Virus record (IMG/VR): IMGVR_UViG_3300030397_000482
Coordinates: 1 to 29,159 of that record
Length of the DNA: 29,159 bases
DNA from: a virus
Lineage: Duplodnaviria > Caudoviricetes
Direction: 5' to 3' (one strand)
The translations under genes were made by a program, and so were the position numbers. Positions 8,104-15,760 of the stretch are shown piece after piece. Position 1 is the stretch's first letter; each line of letters starts with the position of its first letter. The notes beneath the pieces are model-generated. The model was not told where the DNA came from. It saw nothing but the letters and a program-made list of their open reading frames with translations, and searched no databases.

Positions 8104-8390
8104 ATCCCCCTTCTCTTTTCAATCTGACGGACTGCGTGCCGAACACGGATATGCTCCGAACCAATCCACGCGGCAAAGCCGACAATGCGACCAACGGCCG
8201 TTATTACCCCAAACATAACCACTGGCTGCGTCGCGCCGTGTGGCGTTAACAGACCAGTAATCAGGCTGGCCACAGACCACTGAACAATGAGGAACAAACG
8301 TCGCCGCATTCTGAAATCTTTCAAAATGATGAAATCAGCCAGAATGCCTGTGAGCATAGTTGTCAATAGAACTGTCGTGTTAATCATCAT
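8100..8390 (-). CDS. Small membrane protein (about 3 TM)
   Basis: GGGAGG SD; three hydrophobic segments and a basic C-terminus. Confidence 0.7.
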   Translation of the reverse strand: MMINTTVLLTTMLTGILADFIILKDFRMRRRLFLIVQWSVASLITGLLTPHGATQPVVMFGVITAVGRIVGFAAWIGSEHIRVRHAVRQIEKRRGI

Positions 8391-8541
8391 CGCGCCTCCC
8401 TAACGCTACAAAAATAAAAACGGCTGAGACTCTACCCCCAAGAGCAGTAAAATCGCGTAAAACTCCATTTTTTTCCTTCCTAGGTGCATTTTCGTGCATT
8501 TTCGTGTTTCCCCTTTGCTTCTGTTATTGTGCAGAGAGACA

Positions 8542-8583
8542 AAACGGCCGTTTTCCCACGCGCTCCAGGGAGAACGGCCGTTT
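8542..8583. terminator. Hairpin built from two AACGGCCGTT palindromes (terminator-like)
   Basis: AAACGGCCGTTTTCCC-acgcgctcca-GGGAGAACGGCCGTTT in an intergenic region. Confidence 0.45.
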
Positions 8584-8611
8584 CTCATTTAAACCGCAAA
8601 ATCAGCCAAAA

Positions 8612-8629
8612 TGGACAACTAATCGTCCA
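8612..8629. promoter_or_regulatory. Operator-like palindrome TGGAC-N8-GTCCA, copy 2
   Basis: TGGACAACTAATCGTCCA, 17/18 identical to 3311-3328, followed by an A7 tract. Confidence 0.55.
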
Positions 8630-8783
8630 CCAAACCAAAAAAATATCATTCAAGCAGTATAGAGCCAAAAAAGCCTCTTTGTCCAGCGAGCAGGCCATAT
8701 CAGGCCACACATTGGCCAATCGGTCTGTATGATTATGGATGAAACAAGTTGGATGATTCATAAATACAAAGGTCTATCGTATG

Positions 8784-9155
8784 TCAACTAAAGAAGTAAA
8801 GAAAAAAGCGGTTGTACAGCCGCGCCTCAAAGCGTTTGTAAAAGCGGAAATGAAGCGACGAGGCTGGGGCGTTCGTGAAGTGGCTCGGCGGGGTGGCCGT
8901 GACCGTTAAGAGTGTTTTTTCGATGTCCAATTCTTGCGAGATGGGCGCGTAGCTAATGGTCAGCGAAAAGCCTAGCTTTTCAGAACGCCAAACCGTTGCC
9001 CCATTTGCCCATTGGGTCACATATTCAAACTGTTGGTGTGTGAAGGGATAGTTGCGCAAAATGACGATAGCCGCTTGGTGGATAGACTGCTCATAGACTC
9101 CGTCAGGCTGTTCAAACTCAGCCAGCTTGGCCACAGGTGAGTTATGATTCGACAT
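8784..9155 (-). CDS. Hypothetical protein
   Basis: AAGGGGTG SD before ATG 9155; overlaps the end of the upstream ORF. Confidence 0.6.
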   Translation of the reverse strand: MSNHNSPVAKLAEFEQPDGVYEQSIHQAAIVILRNYPFTHQQFEYVTQWANGATVWRSEKLGFSLTISYAPISQELDIEKTLLTVTATPPSHFTNAPASSLHFRFYKRFEARLYNRFFLYFFS

Positions 9156-9567
9156 TGGCCACCCCTTCCCCTGGCTTAGGAGCCATTCCAGCCAAATAGA
9201 GAGCATATTCCATGCCGCACAAAAAGGCGGCATTCTCACAGTGCCATTGTTGCGTTGACATGAGTCCATCAATCTGATGGTAAAGGGACAAACACGACTT
9301 GTCCAGATGCTTCATGAGCGTGTTTTGGAGGGGAACAACTTGGTCATTGTATCTGGCACCAGCGGCCGCCACAGCGGGATCTATCTGTTGTCGGACAAGC
9401 TCGCCGTTACTGTGTTCGCTAATGTGTTTGAGAAGGATGCGAATGGGGTTAGAATTGCAGGAAGCATTCATGATAGGGTTATCTCCTATTGTGTTTGTTA
9501 GAAGGGCGTAGGTGTCGTCAGCACCTATGCCCTTCGCCTTTATATGACAAAAGCCTCTACGCATCAC
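9142..9567 (-). CDS. Hypothetical protein under control of a structured leader
   Basis: 141-aa ORF; GTG/ATG start is embedded in leader pairing elements. Confidence 0.65.
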   Translation of the reverse strand: MMRRGFCHIKAKGIGADDTYALLTNTIGDNPIMNASCNSNPIRILLKHISEHSNGELVRQQIDPAVAAAGARYNDQVVPLQNTLMKHLDKSCLSLYHQIDGLMSTQQWHCENAAFLCGMEYALYLAGMAPKPGEGVANVES

Positions 9568-9674
9568 CTTGTTTTTAGTAGTCGCTAAACCAAACCAAAA
9601 AGCGGGCTTTTGATACGTAGAGGCTTTTGTCCTAAAAACAAAAATGCCCGCATATTGAATTGATTTGGTTTAGC
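9546..9674 (-). ncRNA. Structured leader / c4-like antisense RNA 1
   Basis: Pairings: 9660-74/9584-98 (15 bp), 9646-51/9602-07, 9632-41/9569-78 (10 bp), 9611-31/9546-66 (21 bp); the last two are non-nested with the first two. Confidence 0.65.
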
Positions 9675-9680
9675 ACAATC

Positions 9681-9724
9681 AGCTTAGTGGAAAACAAAAC
9701 GGCTGTCAATGGAACAGCCGTTCT
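9681..9724 (-). promoter_or_regulatory. Sigma70 promoter TTGACA-17-TAAGCT with adjacent LexA box
   Basis: - strand AGAACGGCTGTTCC-A-TTGACA-N17-TAAGCT. Confidence 0.75.
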
Positions 9725-9749
9725 AATTCGTATCGTCAAAATTCCGATG

Positions 9750-9767
9750 TGGACTATTTACTGTCCA
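9750..9767. promoter_or_regulatory. Operator-like palindrome TGGAC-N8-GTCCA, copy 3
   Basis: TGGACTATTTACTGTCCA at the stop codon of the RhuM-like gene, followed by an A7 tract. Confidence 0.5.
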
Positions 9768-10593
9768 GTTTGCTAAAAAAATTTTCAGGCAATGCTTTTT
9801 TACTAGAAACCACTTTGCGGCCAATTCGGCTCTCAATTGCTCGCCGAGTACCACCAGCAATCTGGCCGCCAATATGAGCCGCTTTTTTGTTGTCACGAAA
9901 GCCTTGCGCATCCTCTTGCTTGGCAATCTCAATCGTCGTTTGCTCTGCCAAGCTAATCAGAGTCAGCTCCAAGGCTGTCATGTTGTTGCGTAAATTCTCC
10001 TTTGGCTTCAGTTGTTTAAGTTCCTTATGCTCTTTGGGTGTGATGTTGAAGGTCTCTTTAGAGACAATGGCCGTCAATTTTCCATATTCTGCCCCCTGAA
10101 TACCGCGCTCCTTCCATTCATCCGTAAGGGCATTGCGTGCGCCAATCCCCTTGATGCGCTCGTTAATCCATTTCTCGCTATGCCCTTTGGCTTTATAAAG
10201 TTGCCGCGCCCGCTTGACAGCCAAATCTGGGTTGCGAGCTTCTTCAATAGCTTCCCTCAGCCGCTTGGTTGCCCATTTGCGAAATGCCGTGCCACGCGTT
10301 GAGCGAACTCGATACCCGACAGCTATGATGACATCAAGATTGTGGTAGGCCACATTGTAATTCTTTCCATCTGTTCCAGTTGTTCGGAAATTCCGAACAA
10401 CTGAATCTTTCTTTAGCTCCCCTTCTTGGAATATATGTTTAATATGCTCAGATATAGAGCTTTTGTTTTTCACATACAACTCTGCAATTTGTGCTTGTGT
10501 TAGCCATACATCCTCATCCTTCAACATTACTGATAAAGCAGGTGTGTTATCTGCCTTGTAAATAATTATTTGTTTGTTTGTTTTCTTACCCAT
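9754..10593 (-). CDS. Antirepressor-like hybrid: RhuM-family N-terminal DNA-binding domain plus Bro/DinD-type C-terminal domain
   Basis: N-half VWLTQAQIAELY...SEHIKHIFQEGEL...VVRNFRTT...NLDVIIAVGYRVRSTRGTAFRKWAT (RhuM); C-half NPDLAVKRA...RNALTDEWKERG...NLRNNMTALEL...GGQIAGGTR. Confidence 0.85.
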   Translation of the reverse strand: MGKKTNKQIIIYKADNTPALSVMLKDEDVWLTQAQIAELYVKNKSSISEHIKHIFQEGELKKDSVVRNFRTTGTDGKNYNVAYHNLDVIIAVGYRVRSTRGTAFRKWATKRLREAIEEARNPDLAVKRARQLYKAKGHSEKWINERIKGIGARNALTDEWKERGIQGAEYGKLTAIVSKETFNITPKEHKELKQLKPKENLRNNMTALELTLISLAEQTTIEIAKQEDAQGFRDNKKAAHIGGQIAGGTRRAIESRIGRKVVSSKKALPENFFSKLDSK

Positions 10594-10615
10594 ATCAATC
10601 ACTTCTCCAGTGAAT

Positions 10616-10909
10616 TCAAAATGACATACCCTTGAAAAATGAGTCAACAAAACCGGACTCATTGCTGCTAAGGGCTAGCTTAAGTACCGCTTTCTCGTTA
10701 ATGACTGTGAACGATTCCTGTCCCAAAACGGGCCATTCACGCTTTAGCCTATCTTTCCATGTGTCTGGAATGGCATCAAGAGTTTTGCATGACCAAGGAA
10801 TCCTCAAAGCTTCACACACATCACGAGCAGAAAACCAAGAGCAGTCGCCAATTGTCACAACGCGAATAAATGCCTCTTTATACTGATAAAACGAATCTGG
10901 ACTATTCAT
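10616..10909 (-). CDS. Stand-alone Bro-N domain protein (antirepressor-like)
   Basis: IRVVTIGDCSWFSARDVCEALRI...VINEKAVLKLALSS matches the Bro-N pattern; GGAGAG SD. Confidence 0.85.
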   Translation of the reverse strand: MNSPDSFYQYKEAFIRVVTIGDCSWFSARDVCEALRIPWSCKTLDAIPDTWKDRLKREWPVLGQESFTVINEKAVLKLALSSNESGFVDSFFKGMSF

Positions 10910-10926
10910 ACGATTCTCTCCAATCT

Positions 10927-11045
10927 AAAAGAAAAAACACCGCTCTAATGGGGTTACTATCGTTGTAGCAAACCATTTAGGTTCGATAGTAACCCCATCA
11001 GAGAGGTGCTTGAGATTAACAATGCTTCGGCTTGCTACAACCTAA
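10927..11045 (-). ncRNA. Structured leader / attenuator RNA 2
   Basis: 25-bp stem 10984-11008/10938-10962 plus U-tract; its loop (10963-83) is complementary in two blocks to the 5' end (11029-45). Confidence 0.65.
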
Positions 11046-11049
11046 TCGG

Positions 11050-11078
11050 ATTTTAGCAAAACCACTACGGACAGTCAA
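11050..11078 (-). promoter_or_regulatory. Sigma70 promoter TTGACT-17-(TG)nTAAAAT
   Basis: Near-consensus hexamers, 17-nt spacer, extended -10; predicted +1 lies near the leader 5' pairing block. Confidence 0.7.
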
Positions 11079-11110
11079 TCATCCATTCTAACCCCTCCAC
11101 AGGGAACGAC

Positions 11111-11144
11111 TGTCAACGGAACGGGCGTTCTAAACAGGTGTTCT
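11111..11144 (-). promoter_or_regulatory. Tandem LexA boxes plus TTGACA
   Basis: GAAC-GGGC-GTTC (11119-30) and AAAC-AGGT-GTTC (11132-43); TTGACA follows on the - strand. Confidence 0.65.
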
Positions 11145-11187
11145 AGGGTTGGATTTTGCAATCATTGCTAGAATTTCGCCATCTCAA

Positions 11188-11331
11188 ATGGAGAAACCTA
11201 TTTCGGCGTTTAGAAATGCTTATGCCCATCGACTCATTGACCCAAATCCCGATGATGCTGGTAAAATAATTGTGTTTGTAGATTATTTACTCAAAGTTAT
11301 TGGTAAGTTGTTAAACGGCCAAGAGGATTGA
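11188..11331 (+). pseudogene. C-terminal remnant of a TIGR02391-like protein
   Basis: AFRNAYAHRLIDPNPDDAGKIIVFVDYLLKVI resembles the RNxxAH C-terminal motif of that family; N-terminal part absent. Confidence 0.55.
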
Positions 11332-11335
11332 ATCA

Positions 11336-11551
11336 ATGATTGATGACAAAAAAAGATATTTAGTGTGGGAATCAATTGATTATCATGATAGATGGGGCAT
11401 CTTTCAAGAAACCGACTCATGGGACGAAGCTGTGGCTGCCTTAAAAAAAATTATTGGGGAGCAGAACCGAGCCATTATCACTGAATTTATCCCCCTAAAT
11501 ATCTCCGATGGCCGGGCAGACACTGCTGACAAAGCACCATTAGGTGGCTGA
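11336..11551 (+). CDS. Hypothetical protein
   Basis: AGAGGA SD, 71 aa, low GC; opposite strand to nearly all other genes. Confidence 0.7.
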   Translation: MIDDKKRYLVWESIDYHDRWGIFQETDSWDEAVAALKKIIGEQNRAIITEFIPLNISDGRADTADKAPLGG

Positions 11552-11570
11552 CCCCCCCCCTCCTCATCAG

Positions 11571-14171
11571 CTACGAACTCTGATTATCCCCGCCATCTAT
11601 ATTGTCACCACCCGTAAAGTCCTGTACCCCACCGCTGAACCTAAAATCGTTGCCATGATAATAGTTTGCATGAGCCTCAGACCCAAACACAATTGACCGT
11701 GTGCCAGAGCTGCCATCATATATGATGTAGTGGCTCGTGTTGTCGGGCTGGGTTGACCAGCTTGCTACCGTAATTGTTTTGGTAGATGCTACATAATCAG
11801 TGATCGTCTGTGTCTGGCCATTGCCCGTGCCTTTGACAATTTCGATGGTTAGATTGTTATAAACATCGTCGGTAAGAATGGCCGTGTCAGCGTCCAAAAC
11901 GGCCGTTGTCGCCGTCGCCGATTGAGCGATGCCACCACTCATCACCGAGTACTTGCGTGTCAGGTTGCCGGCAATCCAATTATGCACCCCCCTACCAAGG
12001 TAAAACTGGCGTGTCTCCGAACCATCTTGACAATTGCCTACCAGTGAATTGCCGGAAAACAGCGAAGCATAGACACCCCCGTTCACCTCAGCCTGAATGC
12101 CGGCACCATTACAGTTGGTTACCGCGTTTCCTTGGAAAACACACCCCACCGCCCCATCTATGTGAATGCCATTACCATCACAGCCATCTACAGTGTTGCC
12201 GACAACGGTGATAGCGCGTGATTGTCTGTTCGTGTCGCCGCCAACAGACAATAGTATGCCGTGGCCATTGACGCTGCGCTCGATAGTGTTGCCAACGACG
12301 GTGCCGACATCGCAGCTCACAAACGTCAAGTCTCCCAGCCCAGTGCCGCCATCATTGTCGCTGGCCACATTTCCCGCAACCGTTATATGTTCACAATATG
12401 AGACCTGCATTGGCACCTCTGAATTTTGCACAAAGCTGTTGCCTGCAACAGTCGCCACCTGGCATCGGTCGATAATCAAGCCGCTAGTATTGTGGTTAAA
12501 TGAGCAATTCTTGACGCTCACGTCCCGAACTGCGCCAACACCAATATTGCTCAAACCATTCTGAACATATAAGCCAATCGCCCCATTGTACTCAAAAACG
12601 CAGTTGTCAAATTTGATGCCCCACACGGCTCCTTCAGCATTCGGCTCCACATCGACGCCAGCCTGCGGTGATGTGCCAACCGTATTTTGAAATCGGCAAT
12701 TGACGAACACAGTGTTATAGCCTTCTGTGAACCCACAACCGTTCCTGTAACAATCCCTGATGGTGACATTGTTGAAATAGAGGTCGTTGATATAAAACAC
12801 GTGGTAGGCATTTGCCGACGTCGGCGTGGTGTGCCAATTAGTGGCCACGGTTGCTGTCTTGGTTGAGCCTGCGTAATCAGTGATGCGCCTAGCCTGATAT
12901 TGCCCGGTTCCTGTAATGATGCCTATGTACATGCCGTTCAGCGCATCATCTGTTGCGTTTGCTCCGCTGGCCAAGGTCACGGTGTTTAAGGTAGCACTGG
13001 CAACCGTGCCATTTTGTTCAACATCCCCCGCCACCACGGTTATACCCGTGCCGCAGGACTCGATAACGATATGTTCTATTTTTATGTTGTAAGTGCGCTC
13101 GCCGATGCCAATGCCAACGTTCAACGGATTATCGTCACGTTCACCGACAATTCTCCCCCCACGCACGCCCATGTTGCTATGACCATTTGCCATAAGAAAT
13201 ACATAATTGTTCCCCGTGACCACAGCTTCAGGATCGGCCACTAACGTCGTGTCGTGCTGCATTTCGATGTGCTGGTTGCTGGTCAGTGTGATTGCATCGG
13301 ACGTTCCGTTCTGATGCACATTGTAGGTGCCAGACCCTATCTCCAGCGTAGAAGTGCCCGAATATTGCAGCTGGCTTAATGCCGCCTTGATGGCCGTTTT
13401 ATTCACGGTGCTGGTAGCCCCAGTGGCTAAGCCAAAAAACGCCGCTGGCAACCTTTCCAGTGACCGAAAAACCAGCACCGCCCCATCATCAGCATGGCTA
13501 TTCGCCAATGCGCTCGCCAATGTCACTGTGCTAGATGTCGTGGAACTGATTCGGCGGACTTCACAATCTGTCGAAAACGGCGAGAAGATGGCGTAGCCTT
13601 CTAAGTCAGTGCCCGGCTTGCTTTTCACATTGACCGTCGTTCCCGTGCCAGAGCCACTGAGCCGCATTGTAAAAGGCCAGCCATCCAGTGCATCCACTCT
13701 ATCGGCTGGCGTATTGTAATTCCCTGCCAGCTGAGCCGTTCCCAACGGCACCTGGCTTACCACATTGTCATTAGGAATGCCGCCCGTGCCGATGTTGTTC
13801 ACCAGCGTGAGCTGCGTGCCCGAATCGACCGTATCAATCGTGTTGTACTCAATCCCCCCACCCGCCAACACATAGGCCAAGCTGGCCCCAGCCACAAACC
13901 CCGTTGTCGAATCGACCGTGACCATCTTCTGGCCAGCCGCCGCTGAGCCATTAGCCAGTGTGGCCACGTTGGTGGCTCCAATGGCAATGGCATCAAGTCG
14001 CGTATCAAGTGTAGCCGCGCCTTGTCGCGCCACGGCCACTTCAAGAGCATAGGCATCGGCCGTGTTCTTCGCCTGCGTCAACACTGCGTCAATGTCAGAA
14101 AAGCGATTGTTGAAAAGGTCTGCCGTAGCCTGAGAGCCGACCGGAATTGGTGTGTGATGATTTGTACTCAT
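11571..14171 (-). CDS. Tailspike / receptor-binding protein with right-handed beta-helix (pectate-lyase-like)
   Basis: AFFG...NKTAIKAAL...IGSGTY start motif, PQAGVDVEPN, repeated xxGNxxxx beta-helix coils; last gene of the tail module. Confidence 0.85.
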   Translation of the reverse strand: MSTNHHTPIPVGSQATADLFNNRFSDIDAVLTQAKNTADAYALEVAVARQGAATLDTRLDAIAIGATNVATLANGSAAAGQKMVTVDSTTGFVAGASLAYVLAGGGIEYNTIDTVDSGTQLTLVNNIGTGGIPNDNVVSQVPLGTAQLAGNYNTPADRVDALDGWPFTMRLSGSGTGTTVNVKSKPGTDLEGYAIFSPFSTDCEVRRISSTTSSTVTLASALANSHADDGAVLVFRSLERLPAAFFGLATGATSTVNKTAIKAALSQLQYSGTSTLEIGSGTYNVHQNGTSDAITLTSNQHIEMQHDTTLVADPEAVVTGNNYVFLMANGHSNMGVRGGRIVGERDDNPLNVGIGIGERTYNIKIEHIVIESCGTGITVVAGDVEQNGTVASATLNTVTLASGANATDDALNGMYIGIITGTGQYQARRITDYAGSTKTATVATNWHTTPTSANAYHVFYINDLYFNNVTIRDCYRNGCGFTEGYNTVFVNCRFQNTVGTSPQAGVDVEPNAEGAVWGIKFDNCVFEYNGAIGLYVQNGLSNIGVGAVRDVSVKNCSFNHNTSGLIIDRCQVATVAGNSFVQNSEVPMQVSYCEHITVAGNVASDNDGGTGLGDLTFVSCDVGTVVGNTIERSVNGHGILLSVGGDTNRQSRAITVVGNTVDGCDGNGIHIDGAVGCVFQGNAVTNCNGAGIQAEVNGGVYASLFSGNSLVGNCQDGSETRQFYLGRGVHNWIAGNLTRKYSVMSGGIAQSATATTAVLDADTAILTDDVYNNLTIEIVKGTGNGQTQTITDYVASTKTITVASWSTQPDNTSHYIIYDGSSGTRSIVFGSEAHANYYHGNDFRFSGGVQDFTGGDNIDGGDNQSS

Positions 14172-15760
14172 AATTTCTCCGCAATAATCTCGCTATCAGA
14201 TTGTGGCCAGCGCGAAACAGACGCCACCGACAGGCCAACCGTCCGAATGCCGTTGGCATCAACGGCCGTTTCCGCTTCCAAAATCACAAAATCAGCATCA
14301 ATATCAGCCACCACATACCCATCCACAATTTTGCGATACTGCACCCGCAGCGTCTCCGCTGGCTTTAGCACCGCCTGTAGACGGGTGATGGACAGCCGAT
14401 AAAATGTCTGTACCTCACTAAAATCTTGCAGCCACGCCAGTCCTGCCCGTGCCAGCTCATTGCTCATCAGCTCCAAGCTTTCGGCACTGGTATCTTCGGG
14501 GTAATCAACCTCAAACTGCATCACGCGATGAATAGTTGGCGTGGCCCCTGTTTTCTCAATATAGCCCTGTGCCGCGTTCATGGTATAGCCGCTAGGCATC
14601 ACCGCTGTGGCAAAAGCCAGCGTGGGCAGCCAATCCTTGCCATAGACATAAATGCGGCTCGCCTGCTGGTAACTGTCTCGCACTTCTTCAAACGATTCAA
14701 TCAGGCAGATGTTGGGGTTGCTCTCGGCCGCTACGCCATCGGCCACATAGTTGGTGGCGCGAATGCCGCTCGCTTCCGTGTCTGTGCGCAGCCATTCCAC
14801 CTCACGGCCATCGCCAATCCTGAATTGTTCACCACTCAATTCACTAATTTTGACCAGAGCGGCCAGCACCGTTTCACCCTCAAAATCAACGCGGGTGCCA
14901 TCCGCTGTATCGCTGTAATAGGGCGAGCCAGCCAACGTCCACCCGCTGGGTGCCAGGGCCATCACATCGGAAACATCCGTTGCCGAAATGTCTGGCACCG
15001 ACACATACGCCTCAGCAAAATCGACGGCCGTTAGGTTGGCTCCGACATAGAAGCGCATTGTGTAAAGATCGGCCGTGTCCTTTTGCCAATCGGCTGGCTG
15101 TGTCCAGCTAACCGTCCCATTTTGTGCCAACGTGGTGCCGCCGCTGTCAGTCCCATCAGTCAGACTGATGCTTTCCCAGCCGCCCCACACCGCAAAATAT
15201 TGCGCCTGCAACGCCGTGGCCGTCCCGTTCTTTTGCGTGCCTAGCACCCAGCGCACACTGGAGAACGGCACAGGGCGGCGCACATAAATGTATTCACCCG
15301 TTTGCAGGGCAACAACGGTGTTGAAGGTGCCATCATTGCCGTCATAGGCGTTGGTCAGGTTGGTCACGGTCGAGGCAATGTGAACAACGGCCGTTGGTGC
15401 CCCCTCGGCCGCGCCCGAAACGCTCAAAAACAGGACCGGTCGATACGTCAGCTCACGCAGCAAATCGTCCCCATCCACCGTCAAGGCCGTCTCGATGCCC
15501 CCCTCCTGTAGCGTCACGCTGTCGATGATCCCCGCCCCCACCTCAACGACTTGGCCATTGACCACCGTGTAGCACCGCGCCACCCGCTTCGTCTCAATCA
15601 AAGCCGCCCGTGGGTCGCTAGCTGGCAACGAGAAGGAGATGCTGCCAGCCCGACTCAGCCGCGCCACGTGGCGCCATTCAGTGGCCGTAAAAACGGGGCC
15701 TTGCCCCAACTTGTTGCCGCTGTCGTCCTCAATGTCGATAAAAAACAGCATCACGCCCAC
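14168..15760 (-). CDS. Baseplate hub / Tal-like minor tail protein with inserted domain
   Basis: RLSRAGSISFSLP and ASRIYVYG motifs; follows Dit. Confidence 0.75.
   Translation of the reverse strand: MGVMLFFIDIEDDSGNKLGQGPVFTATEWRHVARLSRAGSISFSLPASDPRAALIETKRVARCYTVVNGQVVEVGAGIIDSVTLQEGGIETALTVDGDDLLRELTYRPVLFLSVSGAAEGAPTAVVHIASTVTNLTNAYDGNDGTFNTVVALQTGEYIYVRRPVPFSSVRWVLGTQKNGTATALQAQYFAVWGGWESISLTDGTDSGGTTLAQNGTVSWTQPADWQKDTADLYTMRFYVGANLTAVDFAEAYVSVPDISATDVSDVMALAPSGWTLAGSPYYSDTADGTRVDFEGETVLAALVKISELSGEQFRIGDGREVEWLRTDTEASGIRATNYVADGVAAESNPNICLIESFEEVRDSYQQASRIYVYGKDWLPTLAFATAVMPSGYTMNAAQGYIEKTGATPTIHRVMQFEVDYPEDTSAESLELMSNELARAGLAWLQDFSEVQTFYRLSITRLQAVLKPAETLRVQYRKIVDGYVVADIDADFVILEAETAVDANGIRTVGLSVASVSRWPQSDSEIIAEKL

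Noticed and set aside
8391-8783. attP / integration site
   Set aside because: No integrase in the window and no tRNA-like core recognised.
10594-10662. Upstream extension of the RhuM-like ORF to 10662
   Set aside because: It overlaps the Bro-N gene; GGAG SD and family alignment favour ATG 10593.
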